Source: Ptychomitrium polyphyllum (lineage: Eukaryota). From it: a stretch of 64,000 nucleotides of DNA. Shown one piece after another: positions 37,472 to 50,178 of the stretch. Every line of letters begins with the position of its first letter. The stretch's first letter is position 1. The notes beneath the pieces were generated by a model. That model did no database searches. It was not told the origin of the DNA and was given only the letters and a program-made list of their open reading frames with translations. Location: positions 22,940,001-23,004,000 of the forward strand of contig OZ316775.1 of NCBI GenBank assembly GCA_973851085.1. The letters are read 5' to 3'. Position numbers and translations under genes: made by a program.

Positions 37472-40400
37472 CTATTCCTCTTGTTCCTCTTCGGAGTCTT
37501 CCCCTGAGTGCATAGGCCGCCAAAGCCACTCACGGCAATTTTTGGCTTCGCAGTAGCACTTGATATGGGTTGAATCGTTTTCTTGCTCAATTTTCTGCTT
37601 TACAGCTTCAGGATTGTTGGATTTCCCATCATGGGCTTGAAGCTCATGCCTCCCATAGTTATAATCGTACGAGAGCTCTTCTCCAGCTTCAATATCACGC
37701 ATGGCATACATGCCAATATGTGCTAGCCACTTGTAAGTGGTCTCTACGTATACTCGATAAATTTTCAAATTTGCATCACAACTACACCAGAACACAATAA
37801 AAATAAGTTAGAAAACATTTGTGTCGTGACCAAGTAAGGCACCAGCTCCCCTTTTAGAGCTTCATGATAACCATGATCGTAAACTGCTCAGAGCGCACCC
37901 TGCCTCCATTAGCATCATGATCTACAGGGAATTCAATAACAACGAGCATTATATACATCTGAGAGACATCACTAAGAAACAAGAGATTGTTGTCCAATAC
38001 CTATGGTTGATGAAACGAGCGACATTGGATGCATGAAATCCATCAAGCGTAAAGTCTGGCGTCCTTTTCGATTCCGGATAGTCCAAATCATACAGATAAC
38101 TGACGCAATCAACTCGTTTAGTTCCCATGACATGGAATGACTTGGGGAGCGAATTCAAATAGAATCGATGGTACAGTAACACGCATACGACATCATATGA
38201 ACTCACTCCTAAAGCAGGATAAACTGACGAGAGCATATAACCTACTGAACATTAAGCATTCGCTACTAACCTTCGTTTAATTTCATCATAAATTTGGCCG
38301 TATCGTTGAGCTTGATCTTGAGTCAACATCTCGCCAACGTACTCAATCACAAATCGCCCCCTGCTTCAGAATGTATGAATGCTTAGAATAATTTTATGTA
38401 TACGTGAAAATGTTGCAAGAGCAGTAGACTGCATCGAAGTGCTGGACAATATGTGAAATAAAACCACACCTGGGTATTGGAACCAGGGTGCGGACAGCCC
38501 ATCCCTTGTTTAAAGTCTTGTACAGCTCAATAGGAGTCCTCAATCCTTTCTGCATTTCCCTATTGATGCAGTGATTGCCACACTTACACCGATCGTTACA
38601 CTCCACAAGCTCATTGTAATCTGTCCCAATCTGTTCCCAGATGTTGTGACAAATCAGATACATTCTATATTGGGGTATGACACACTCTCCAACAATGACA
38701 CAGACTCCAACGATGACAACTTCAGCTATCAGATGATAAATACGGGTTTCATATCAACACGAGGACATAACGATAAATCTTCGAAATATGTTGGTGCAAG
38801 CGAGTATATATTATCTAATATTTTGGTAAAAGAATATCCGCGAAATAATTATCATGGCATCAAATGACAAGTTATCGAACAAACAGATACTTGGCTCTAA
38901 AATTATCAGTACCTTAAAAAAACCAGCTACCACAACTTTCCAGCAGTTAGCATAACTACTGCAACGAAAGCAGCTTTCATATACTGTATCTCAATTATAC
39001 CTAAATCTATTCAATGGTGCTTCCTGGACTAAAGCAAATGGTCATGTTTTAATAGTCCTTTTCCCATGTTTTGTTACAAAGTTAGTACCTTACCACGAGC
39101 CGAGCATATTTATCATAAGGAAGACGTCCATACATTCGTTCCCTCAGCCAATCCTCGCGATAGTCATCTTCACGCCTTTGAAACGGTATGTGAACAGACA
39201 GAGGAGCCAAGGGATCGTCAGGATCATGCAGAGCACATCCATTACAAGCTTTTGCTTGTCTTTCCAGAAGAGGGTGGGAGCAGTTTTTGCTACCCAATGG
39301 CTGTCCTTGATATCTGATAACGAAGATCAGAACAAAACAAACTTAAAACCTGAAACAGGCTAATCTTATACAGTAAAGGCTAAACCACAATCATAATCCT
39401 GAAGATGGCACTGAAGATAAAGCCACCAGGGAAGTGCATTTTCCAGGTTTTAACAAAGAAATCAACCTGGACTTTGTTATGTACTCCAGATATGGTGGAG
39501 GTTCACTATCCACATCATTGGTACATGGCACTTCAATAAATTCCTGACCATTTGAAAAATCCGTGCAAAGGAGATTCTTTCCAAAGTACGCAGGTTTAGG
39601 GTTACGACCCCTGAGCCAACTGCAATAACCAATAACTTCAACTTTAGCCATAACAAACGCTCTACTAAAAAATGATAAAACAAGAATACAGCTGCGTGTC
39701 ATGTTTGCATATCTTTTTAATTGATGAATGCTTGAACACGGTCGTTGTTAAGTACTTGGGCACCAACTTATTGATGACTAAACCACCAGAGTAAGAAGGA
39801 TGAACACTAGCAGTGTATAATAAGAAGAAAATTCGTGCTTCACATATTACCACCTTCGAGATAATCCCTATCAGCTCCAGTACATCTGGTGAAAAAACTA
39901 TCATCAAACACGTGTAGTGATTTTCTTCACACAAGTGGCTTTCGTGCAAAATGATAAACTAAAACCATGTTCCGATATGACTAAGAATAAAAGTGTCTTT
40001 AACGGTTCAATCAGTCAATGCTAAACAAAAGAGCAGTTGGGCATATTGTCACCTGCTCGTACCTATCAGAGGTGTCAACAGGTTTCGTAAAAGAAAATCT
40101 TGGATCAACTCTTGGGTCAAGGCTATTTGGTGTTTTCGGTCGATAAATCACATCCTGAACAGCAGCCCCATGAGGAATTTCCTCTTCATCACTACTATCA
40201 ATTCGAATGACATCGGCATCATCCGATGTCCTCACTCCATTTTTGGAGGAGCCAGCTGCTGATGAAGCGACCAAGCCTTTCTTTCCTCTCTTCCTCTTCT
40301 TGCTTTCCTTCTGTAGTTTTACATCATCGAGATGATCATTGACATGCCGATGCTCCGTGCAGGCGACTGGTTTCATCAAGCCATCCCACATACGTACTTT

Positions 40401-42000
40401 TACTAAAGCCGATAGCCTGTTGGCACAAGGGTAGTGAAAACTCCTCCTGCAGCTTGCAACTCGACAACCAAGTGTTGCTCCGAAAAGGCCACAATCTGGA
40501 TCCGAGCATTTCTTTATCCAAGAGCACACAGAAGGAGACAAGTTGAACAATCAGGTTTTCAAAACACTAGAATTAACGAGTACAAGCATGTCCACAGTCG
40601 CTATACAACCCTTGCTTTATGTAAAAAAATGCATGCACAAAGTCATGAATACTAGATTGCAGCAGTTGAATGTCAAAGCCTCTTACGATTTTTCTTGAAC
40701 GTTTGACGGCATCCCCAAGTTTCATAATTGTCCAGGGCTGCTCTGAGTCCTCAAAAACCTGTTTACATAATTGTTCACTGGAGTTGTAAATATCACTTCC
40801 AGGACGAAGTTAACTCCACTCTCGTCATTCCAAAGCACCTCTATCAAGTTGAAACTACCTCTGAAGCACAGAATAGGGCAGAGAACTACAGCACCTCTGC
40901 AGACCACAGACCGCAAAGCTTGTGAACCTTGCCGCTCCATGGATAAGGTGGACCGGTGGTTTTCCAATTTTTGCCACCCTTTCCCAAAAGTAACCTTTTT
41001 TTTCGCCTGCAAACATAGACATCATTAGAGTCCCAGAGACTTGGTACATTCACTTAATTATCAATTGCATCCGATGTGGCACGTGCAACTTAAGTAAATA
41101 TTCGAGTGCGATGAGGGAACTGTTTCAAGATACTATACTATGTAGGAGACAATATCCTTTGCTTACATCTTCGAAGACAAACGACAGATCTGGAGACAGT
41201 TGTTCCTAACAATCGAAAAAAATAGCATTCATGGTGGAAAGCCGGAGCTTCCAGTGACTACTATGTCGGAGGAAACAGAAAAAGAGACTAAAGAATGCAA
41301 GTAAGACTTTTGATGAGGAGAGTGAGAGGATGAAATAAAGAGCTTACTGCCTGTCGTCAGGTGAACAATGGCAGCTGAATGAAGGATTCCCGCAGCACCA
41401 AGAATACCATGGACCTAGAGTAAGTGATGCGCCTCTCTCGCAAAGATCACATAGAACATCGGGAGACCAGTCAGGCGGAGTCATCTCCGCATGGTTTCCT
41501 TCAGCGTGGCCCTTCTTGTAATCCTCTGAAAGAGTACTCGCCTCATCTTCACTTTCCACTGCCGCTGGTAATACGGTCTCTCTCGTTCTTTCAACCGGAG
41601 CATTGAGGACCTCTAGATCGAAGGCAATGCGCGAATGTAGCTTAAAAGTAGACTCCGTCGCTAACTTAACATGCTGTCTATTAAGAGTCAAATTTGTCTC
41701 AACTTTCTCCTTCACAGACACTATGTTTGTGTTCATCCTCTCCTTACTGAAGGCAACATGTTTTCCATTAACTTCTAATGGACAGGGAGTGATTACGCCA
41801 ACGTGAGAATGATTAACCTGCAATGAGGTCCCTGAGAGATCTACAACTAGTGTCACATTTGCAGCATGAACCTCATTCTCCTCAGCATGAACCTCATTTT
41901 TCTCAGCGGCCTGCATCAGCTTTTGTGTTAGAGTGGATTTCAAAAGCATAATGCCCACAGCAAGAAAGATGTAAGAGAATGCTCTTATCCCCACTTTCAC
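37472..42000 (-). CDS. Su(var)3-9-type histone lysine methyltransferase: extended PHD finger (zf-HC5HC2H-like) plus pre-SET/SET/post-SET; the 5' end may extend to 42853
   Basis: CDLCERG...WCC; CSDPDCGLFGATLGCRVASCRRSFHYPCA...CTEH; DFSNGQEFIEVPCTNDVD; ECNDRCKCGNHCINREMQKG; KGWAVRT; FVIEYVGEM; NVARFINHSCD; GEELSYDY; post-SET CYCEAKNCR. Stop at 37472-37474. Confidence 0.85.
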
Positions 42001-43714
42001 TTATATCCATATCCAACCCAGATGTGAAAAATGAACAGCACAACTGATTGGAGGTACATCACAAATTTAGCCATATTTATTGCTAATACATTTGAACACG
42101 TCAATGTTTCAAGGGGACAACGAAAAGGTTTGAACAATTAGATAAAAAGCCAAATCATCACATGGGATTAATCTGAAGTGTAGCCACTGCTTGAAGGACA
42201 GCTTTCCATTTTATATTGTTTGGGACAGCTTGGCATAGGGGACAATTGTGTACCTTGATGACTTGCAACTCGTGCTTCTTGTCTTGTTTGCATTCTCGAC
42301 AAGTTCTACATAATGGATTCAACAGAGGTTCTGTCTCTTCATCAGAGCCCCCAAGGTCCACAACTACAATTGCCTGCCCATTCTTATTTGTCTCATACCT
42401 CTCCTTCATTCTTGTGCATTCACTTCCAAACCTTTGAACATTCAGTGGTGGACTTGTTACCATTTGCCCATTCAAAACCTCACCTTGTAAAGGTGGAATT
42501 GTGAGAAAGGATTCTTGTTGCGAGATAACCAAGTTCTCCAACTTGATCTTATGTTTAGATACAAAAGACAAATTCTCTTGGGGAACTTGGCTATGTTGGT
42601 CTTGACTTTGAGATGTATCTTTTACTTTGGACTCAGCATAATTTCCATTTATATGTAATACCTCCTCACTAGAAGCACTTGTATATTCAGTGTCTGAACT
42701 CCCATCAGTAAATGCAGGATGTCCTTGATGCAAGATAGCTAATTTAATTGAAGGTTTGCCTAAATTTGATGATTTAGAAGCAAGTTGGTTTTCCATTTTG
42801 TATAGTTCAAATTTGACTAAATTTGATAATCTAGAAGCAAGTTGGTTTTCCATATTGTGCAGTTCAGGATGAATCTCATTGCTTACCAAAAATCAATGTC
42901 AATGTTCTAGTGACCAGGTTTTTCTACAGGAAATCTTTTTATGCATATATCATCTTCCCAACTCAATACTCTGCTTTCAAATCCACCCAAGTATCTTAGA
43001 AAGGGAGTAAAAGCTGCTGTAAACCCAATCAGCAGAAGATACCGCTCACCAACTGATTCGGACTCAAGGTGATAACAATACTCTGCCATCCACCTGATTT
43101 TACTAAGGAAGTCCCACCTGCGAGCACATTCAAGGAAGAAATTTAAAAGAAAAAGAAACTAAAAGTGCCTCAAATATCATCTAATCTCATGCTGCACCAC
43201 AGGCTTCCAAAAGCTTGAAACTCAACAACCAAGAAGCGTTGGAATGGAACACTTCAGTAATGAAACTAATCTGTATAGCGTTCTCTGCAAAAGCTTCCAG
43301 GTGTAGGGTAGTGTCAGCACATCCCACATTGTGGCAAACAGCATGGTTTAGAAAGAAACGAAACATCTAAAATCTGGACGTTCCAACATCGCATGAGCTC
43401 AAGAATAACCGCTACGACATTCCTTAACAGGTACACAGACTAGAAAACAGTATTGCACGCCAATAACCTACCGATTCCTTGTAAATTCCCTAAACTCCAA
43501 TCCAATCCGTCATCTCCCTAAACGAACCAAACGTTTACTAACCCAAAACCAATAAGCCTGGCTAGGACAGAGCAACATATGCACACACGATTCTCTTGTA
43601 CGCTACTACCTAGACGATAATCCGCAATGCAAGCGCCCACTGCTCTTCCTCACAAGCAACAATGGAAACCTGGGTTCAACAAAACCATCACAAAATTCAC
43701 TAAAAACCTAAAGA

Positions 43715-43790
43715 CATTTACTTATTTATTCATTCATTCATTCATTCATTTATTTACTTAAAAAACAAACAAACAAACAAACCAAACCAA
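43715..43790. repeat. Compound microsatellite (ATTT/ATTC)n followed by (AAAC)n
   Basis: Read directly from the sequence. Confidence 0.8.
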
Positions 43791-44300
43791 ATTAAACTCC
43801 ACCTTCTCGACCCCCCTACAAGAAGCCCAAGTCAGTTCTTTCAACCGCGACACACACGGCGCAAGAACTCTTATATGAATTGTAAATCTGCAACAAAAAA
43901 GCTTCAGCAGACGATCAACAACCCTGCCCTGCGCCCCGAAATCATCACCTCCACCTCCACGTTCCGCCTCCGTCTGTTGCTACAGCACGATGAATAGTCA
44001 CATTGCCGGGTTCCCGCGCTCCTCGGATTCCTCAGCTACAGCCCTGAAACCGCCTGCGCGTGCCAACCCTAACGCAGCGCAGCTGCGACAGTGCAATCGG
44101 GGGTAGAGGCCGTGCCAGCGCCGTCCGCCTCAGAAGACTATGGCAAAGGATGAAAACAGCTGAAAGGAAAGTGGGGGGAGGGGGGGGCGGGGGGGGGAAG
44201 TCAGCGACGGGGCATCAGGAGGGTGAGGGCCAGGGTGGGAGCGTGATCGGCCCAGCCATGGCGACTGGCGTAGGGGGCGTGGTAGTGCAGCTGCATTGTG

Positions 44301-44640
44301 CTTCCTTCCTTCTCTTCCCCCTCTCCCCCTCTCTCCCCCTCTCCCCCTCTCTCCCCCTCTCCCCCCTCTCCCCCTCTCTCCCCCTCTCTCCCTCTCTCTT
44401 CCTCTCCCCCTGTCCCCCTCTCGCCCCCTCTCTCCCCACCTCCCTCCCTCGCTCCCTCCCTCCCCCGCTCCCTCCCCCCCTCCCTCCCTCCCTCCCTCCC
44501 TCCCTCCCTCCCTCCCTCCCTCCCTCCCTCCCCCGCTCCCTCCCTCCCCCGCTCCCTCCCTCCCCCGCTCCCTCCCTCCCTCCCCCGCTCCCTCGCTCCC
44601 TCGCTCTGTGTGTGTGTGTGTGTGTGTGTGTGTCTGTGTG
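44301..44640. repeat. ~300-bp polypyrimidine tract ((CCCT)n, CTCTCCCC units) followed by (TG)n
   Basis: Almost pure C/T on the plus strand over 44301-44606, then a TG dinucleotide run over 44607-44640. Confidence 0.95.
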
Positions 44641-47600
44641 TCTTCCGTTGCGTAACGCGTGATCCTGCGTTTGGGACATGTCGCGGTCAACCCCGCTCCA
44701 TCTAGCCCACGCCTAGATGCACCTGCGCCTGCGCCGCTCGTCCCCGCCGCTTCGTTGCCCCGCCCTCTCGAAGATTTGGCTGCAGGGCTGTGACCCCCGA
44801 GGGGCGGTGGTGGGACCCACATGTTTCTGATTTCATCGCTCTTTCTCTCCGTCGGTCGAACCTGCCCGCGCTTTCCTTTTCATCCCCTTTTTCTCCTTTT
44901 CCTTTCCTTTCCTCTCTCTTTCAAGTTTCTTTCTTAAATTGTTTGTTTTGATGTGTTTAACTTTGTATGCTTTGCATGAAAGCATATCCAAAAGTAACTA
45001 CTGTAATTAGAATAAATATCATCCTTTTTTTTATGCTACACTTTCATTTTATTAGGTACTTTTTATATCCATTATAGGATTATATCATGGTTGTTATTAT
45101 TGGTTGTGTTTTACAAATCGGTTTATCTACAACATTCAGTGTCAGCCACCTTTTATGTTTTTAGTGAAATAGAAGTTAATGCCAAGAAAAGAAAAGAAAA
45201 GAAAAGTGATTTTACATTGAAGGAAGGGACCAAATCAAACCTGGGTAAAGATTAAATTCATTACTGATTTGAATATTCATTTCTTTGGCTTATGTATGTA
45301 GAAAGCCAGAAGCATAAGAACGTGGTGCTGGATTTGATGGGAGGCCTCCAAGGCAGGGCAGGGCAGGGCAGTACATGAGGAGGGAATCATGCACAAACAA
45401 ACAGCTTTGGCGCAGAATTGCTGAGAATGGGAGAGGAGGGGAAGGGAGTGTATGAAGGAAAGGGTGCAGCTGGTACTCTACCAACAGTGTGTAACTTATG
45501 CTGATGTGGCGGATTGAATGGTCACTACTTTACTCTGGCATGCTCTCTCCTTGGCCCCTGCCTTGTTGCCTGCCTTTGCACAATGCTTCTTTTATGAGTG
45601 AAGTTTCACCAGAGCTGCACTCTCATTGTGTTTGTCACTTCTAGGGTACTTGTATCAATGCCCACTTTAGATTTGGAATTCTAATATGTACATTATTGCT
45701 TGAGGCCCCAAGAAGAAGTGAGAATCATGCCAGTGAAGTATGGCACCTAATTGCACCTTTCACTCTTATGTTGGTGTGACATTGCAATTTATGGCTGGCC
45801 ATCACTTTGTTTATTTCTCATATTCTTACTAAGAACATCATGTTAGGATGTTCTCATGGCATATGCACTGAGAAGTGTACCATGCCTTGAGAGGGCAGGA
45901 TGTGTGGAGAAGAGTAGCATGCCCAAAATCTCCAACTGTGTTCCAAATGTAGGCAAGACTAGTGCCATGATGATGATTGCGCATCACTCATCAAATCTGA
46001 GAACTGAATCTCTTGAATGGTTGATACCATGCTGTGCTATGTCGAATTTTTGTCCAGTGAGGGAAGCAGAGAAAAATTTGAGCTAAGTTATTGGGAAGTT
46101 AGCATGAATCTTGCTGTGCTCCACTGCTCCTGCATTGAACAACACAACATCCTGCAATTTCTGTGGATTTGAAAATATTGTGCAACATATAGTGGGTTAC
46201 AATGTCTATAGAATATCGGAGAAATTTATAAACTTTTTTTTTTTTCTAAAAACTATAGAATTTATAGTGGGAAGAAAAATTTCTTAGTAATAATTTTGAG
46301 GGGATAGATCTGCATAGGATTAATGAAGTATAATATGTAAATATCACTGGAATAATTTTTGAATTCAGTGAATAAATTGCAAAGATATGATTGTAAGTGT
46401 GCATGATTTTGGAATGGAACATTAGGAAAAAGGTTATAAATAATATTTGTTATCACATAAAAGAAGATTCACAGAGAATATAGATGCAGAAATTCAAAGT
46501 GTCACACAACAAAACAAAACTCTTCAAAATTCTGCTTCAACCGTGTCTGTTCATGTTGGACCACAGACTAAGTCACAAGGAAAATGAGACGTACCATACT
46601 GTAAATTGATCACGATGCATAATTACTGAGGATGACATTTTGCTTGGTTCAACCCTCATATAAATGTACTAAACAATCACAAACAATAATAAAAGCAATA
46701 AAAATGGGATTATTTACACAATTCCTTGTGAAATTATTCGTTAGCTATGGGAAACCTCATGAGAGGCTGGGATGAGTAGTAAATAAAAGTTCAGCCCCTT
46801 GATTTTACGGTGACAAGTTGCCCTTACTAAAGAATGTTATGTATTTAACGGGTTGTTCCTGCCAATTCAAGCATGTGTTACACACATTTGAAGACGCGTG
46901 GAAGAATGTTAGCTTCGAAAGAATTAAGGAAAAAACTTGGGACATTCAATCGTAGGGTATAATTATCACCAAGATATCCAGTAAGCCATTCAACCGTGAA
47001 ACACTAGCTCTCCTTCACACTCAGTATGTCCAGTAGAAACTGCAGACCCTGTTCAGAACGTCATAGCCAAAGTAATTCTAGTTCTGCATTTAGAACTTGA
47101 ACACAAAACAATAACTCAACATGGTCCAATCATACACAATCACCAGGAAAAAAAATCAACCCTAGCAATGCAAGAACGAGGGGCCATCATTAAGCATGGG
47201 ATCTGTGAGGAGAGCTTTCGAAGGCGTGAATTCTCCCATCACCATAACCGCGTTGATGTCCAAGTTAAAGCTCCCTGGGGTTTAAAATGCCTGTTCCTGC
47301 AAATTTGAAGTCACCGTTTCCACACGTCAATATCGGTGTTTTCGATCTACTTATCAACGAACTTCGAGAGCAAAAGGACTTCAAACTGAAATGGCCTAAA
47401 TTCGACGCTCACAAAGAACACTGAGTATACTACAGTAAATGAGTGTACACTATGGTAGATGAGTATACATCAAATGAGTATACAATAGATGAGTATAGTA
47501 TAGACACCAAATGATGTAGATACTATATATTAGAGACTCATGAGCAACAACATGAACTAGACAGTAATCACAATGTAGTGGAAAGACTCATGGTCTAATG

Positions 47601-47679
47601 ATCTCACCTGGACTAGCAGAAGATTTTACTGCAACCGAAATGAAGCAGTAATGGCTACCACCTCTCGCAATTCCCCAAG

Positions 47680-49353
47680 TCACCAAGAGGCTATTCTCCC
47701 CTTCAAGAAATCCTCATACTGCGGATCATTAGCCAACTTCTTGAACAAAGCCCTAGTCGACATTCGCCATTTTCTACAAAGAGTAAAGACAGCAGAGTAT
47801 CTCAGAAGCCAAAACACTCTCCGCATCATGTTCTTATTGTCCACCAAAGAGTAGTACTCCATCAAGCCTGTCATGATATTCGTGTACCGCCGCAGAATCT
47901 CCTCAGCTTCCATATGAATCCACGCACTCATTCCTCGAGGCCACTCCGTATTCACAGCGAACCCTTGGTCCACAAGCTTCGTTACTATTTCGTTGACGGG
48001 AGCTTCCAACACGATGCGCCCATAAGCACGCTTCGCCCTTTCACCCACCAAGCTCTCAACGTACTTCTTGTCCCTGGCTCCAACCAATACTCCAAGAAAT
48101 TTCACTTTCTCCGAAGCTAAATGTGAGATGGTGAAACAATCATCCTCGATCTGCAGCTTCAGGTTTCCATTCAAATATGACCTGATTTCGTCCCGGACCT
48201 TCACAGCTAGAGATTTCGGCCCGTCCACTCCCACTACCCACTGATCACCATAGCGAATGTAGTGAACCTTGGTTCCTTCATTGCTGACATTCCTTCCAGG
48301 TTTAGAGTTTAAGGTTGGCCGAGGATCGAACATGCTAGACGCAAGTTCCTTGAGCCAGATGTCGAACTCACTCAAATAGATGTTCGTGAACAAAGGCCAT
48401 AGAATGCCGCCCTTCGTCATGCCGGTAAGATTATGCCGCTCCTGATTGGCAGTGTTCACAAGTCCTGCGTTCACAAGCTTCCAGTACAAATCTAGGAGCT
48501 GCTGGTCCTTCACGGCGCTCATAATGATGTTCCCCAACAGAGTGTGATCTAGATTGGTCAACAATCCAGGAATGTTGGCAGTGATGACCCATGTTGTGCC
48601 AGTCCAGGTGCGCAATCTCCGTAACGTTGCCTGTGCAGAATTTTCATCATGCCGGGCTCTCGCAAACACCGGTTCAAGAATTATCCTAAGCACCTCCTGG
48701 ACGACCTGATCGGTGAAACACGGTGTTCCCAAGGGGATGAGTTTCTCGCTCGGCCCTTTAATGGTTTCACTATCGATGGGCTGGAACTGGAAAGACCTAT
48801 TCTTCATCTGCTCGATGACTCTACGTATCATACTCCTGGCGAAAGCATCGTCCACCGTCGCCTTCTTCTCCCTCTTCGCCTTATATCGCAGATTTCGACA
48901 AGCAGCTTCGTAAATGCCAGGGTCGAAAAACGTGGCATATTTGCAAACCCACAAATTCTTGTCACTTTTAGGACTTCCTTTCAACTTCCCCTGCTGATCG
49001 AGAAACAAATCTCTCAGTAAACTCACAACAAATAGAATTGGCCAACAAACTTCAAGACATTGTAAAACCCTCACCCTAAATTATTCGTGCTTGCCAAACC
49101 CAATTCACGACCAATTATATGCCTAAATTAATTCGTGTCGTATAGAATTAACCGAATTACAGTTTGCGAATGGCACTAGGTCAGAGAATCGCACCTGTCG
49201 ATCACGATCCAAGTCGGGCAACGTTGCGAGCCACTTCAACCCCCGTTTTCTGAAGAAGCCACCTTCAACAAAACCCTCAGCGAGTATGCGCAAACTGTGT
49301 GATTCCCAAATCCTGCAACCCAAGTCAAAGCTTCGCACACTGGCTCGCAGCAT
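47680..49353 (-). CDS. Nuclear-encoded group II intron maturase (RT-like domain plus domain X, no endonuclease) with an N-terminal targeting exon; ~489 aa, 2 coding exons
   Basis: Exon 1 49353-49195 (MLRASVRSFDLGCRIW..., Arg/Ser-rich); phase-0 intron 49194-48991; exon 2 48990-47680. RT motifs: PLGTPCFTDQVVQEVLRIILEPVF, WVITANIPGLLTNLDH, GMTKGGILWPLFTNIYLSEFD, YIRYGDQWVVG, VKFLG. Domain X: ILRRYTNIMTGLMEYYS...SAVFTLCRK. Confidence 0.88.
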
Positions 49354-50178
49354 CCTCGACGTGAAGTGCGTCCCCACAGCGTCAAACTAAAGAAAACATG
49401 ATCCCTGTCAATCTCTCCTACGATTCAAACCCTTGCTCCGTGTGACAAATATTTACAATTTGAGTCTTCGACAACCACCGATGACTCACCCACTGGCAGA
49501 TCCCAAGTACAAGAACAAAAAATTAAAGAGAAAATTGTGGTAGTGACAAACCACCAACTCGACGACCGACTTCCACAGAGTCCCAGCTTTGATTGTGTCA
49601 CATCTACCTCAGATAAATTTCTCTCGTTCGTGCGTTTCGCGGCAAATCACAAAAAACTGAGTGCACTATACTGCTTGACTTCCACCTAACTCCGATCACA
49701 TATTTACTGAACGGTCCCTCTATTCTCTGAAGTTTCCAATTTGCTTTAAGATTTAGGGTAAATCCTAAATCTGATTGTATTAACGAAACCAGTCAGGGAT
49801 CTGGTTTGTCATTTCAACAATAGTTATACAATTGCGACATCAAATCGTCACACAAAAGAGCTTCAGAGAAAATATCCTTTCAACTTCAAGCCTATCAGGG
49901 TTTCAAAGAAAATGATCCCTTAGACTTGGAAGCCCCATCCGAACTAGTCGCTTCAGAGAGAAAATACACTTCTAAAACAGTAGCTCAAACTAAGGACTGT
50001 TGCATAGAAACAGCTCAATATCGAGAGAAATTCTTATTTGCACTGCTGAACCGAACAAAGTCCAAAATTTACAGGATTTTTATTGAGACGAAGGTCTTAA
50101 AATCACATAGAAGAAACCATTGAAGAGCATTACCCGACAATGCCTGTGAAATGCTTGCTACGTGGGACATTACACAGT

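Noticed and set aside
44060..44822. Five long overlapping ORFs rich in Pro/Ser/Leu or Gly/Arg/Glu
   Set aside because: They arise from the stop-free C/T tract and TG microsatellite; no protein motif.
45350..45925. Possible MITE or miRNA-like inverted repeats (GGCATGCT.../...AGCATGCC, GGCAG repeats)
   Set aside because: Pairing is short and gapped; no target-site duplication or extended stem.
47680..49074. Active mobile group II intron, or a recent organellar DNA insertion (NUMT)
   Set aside because: The YADD motif is lost, there is no endonuclease, no host-gene exons or clear intron RNA domains flank it, and a spliced targeting exon is present.
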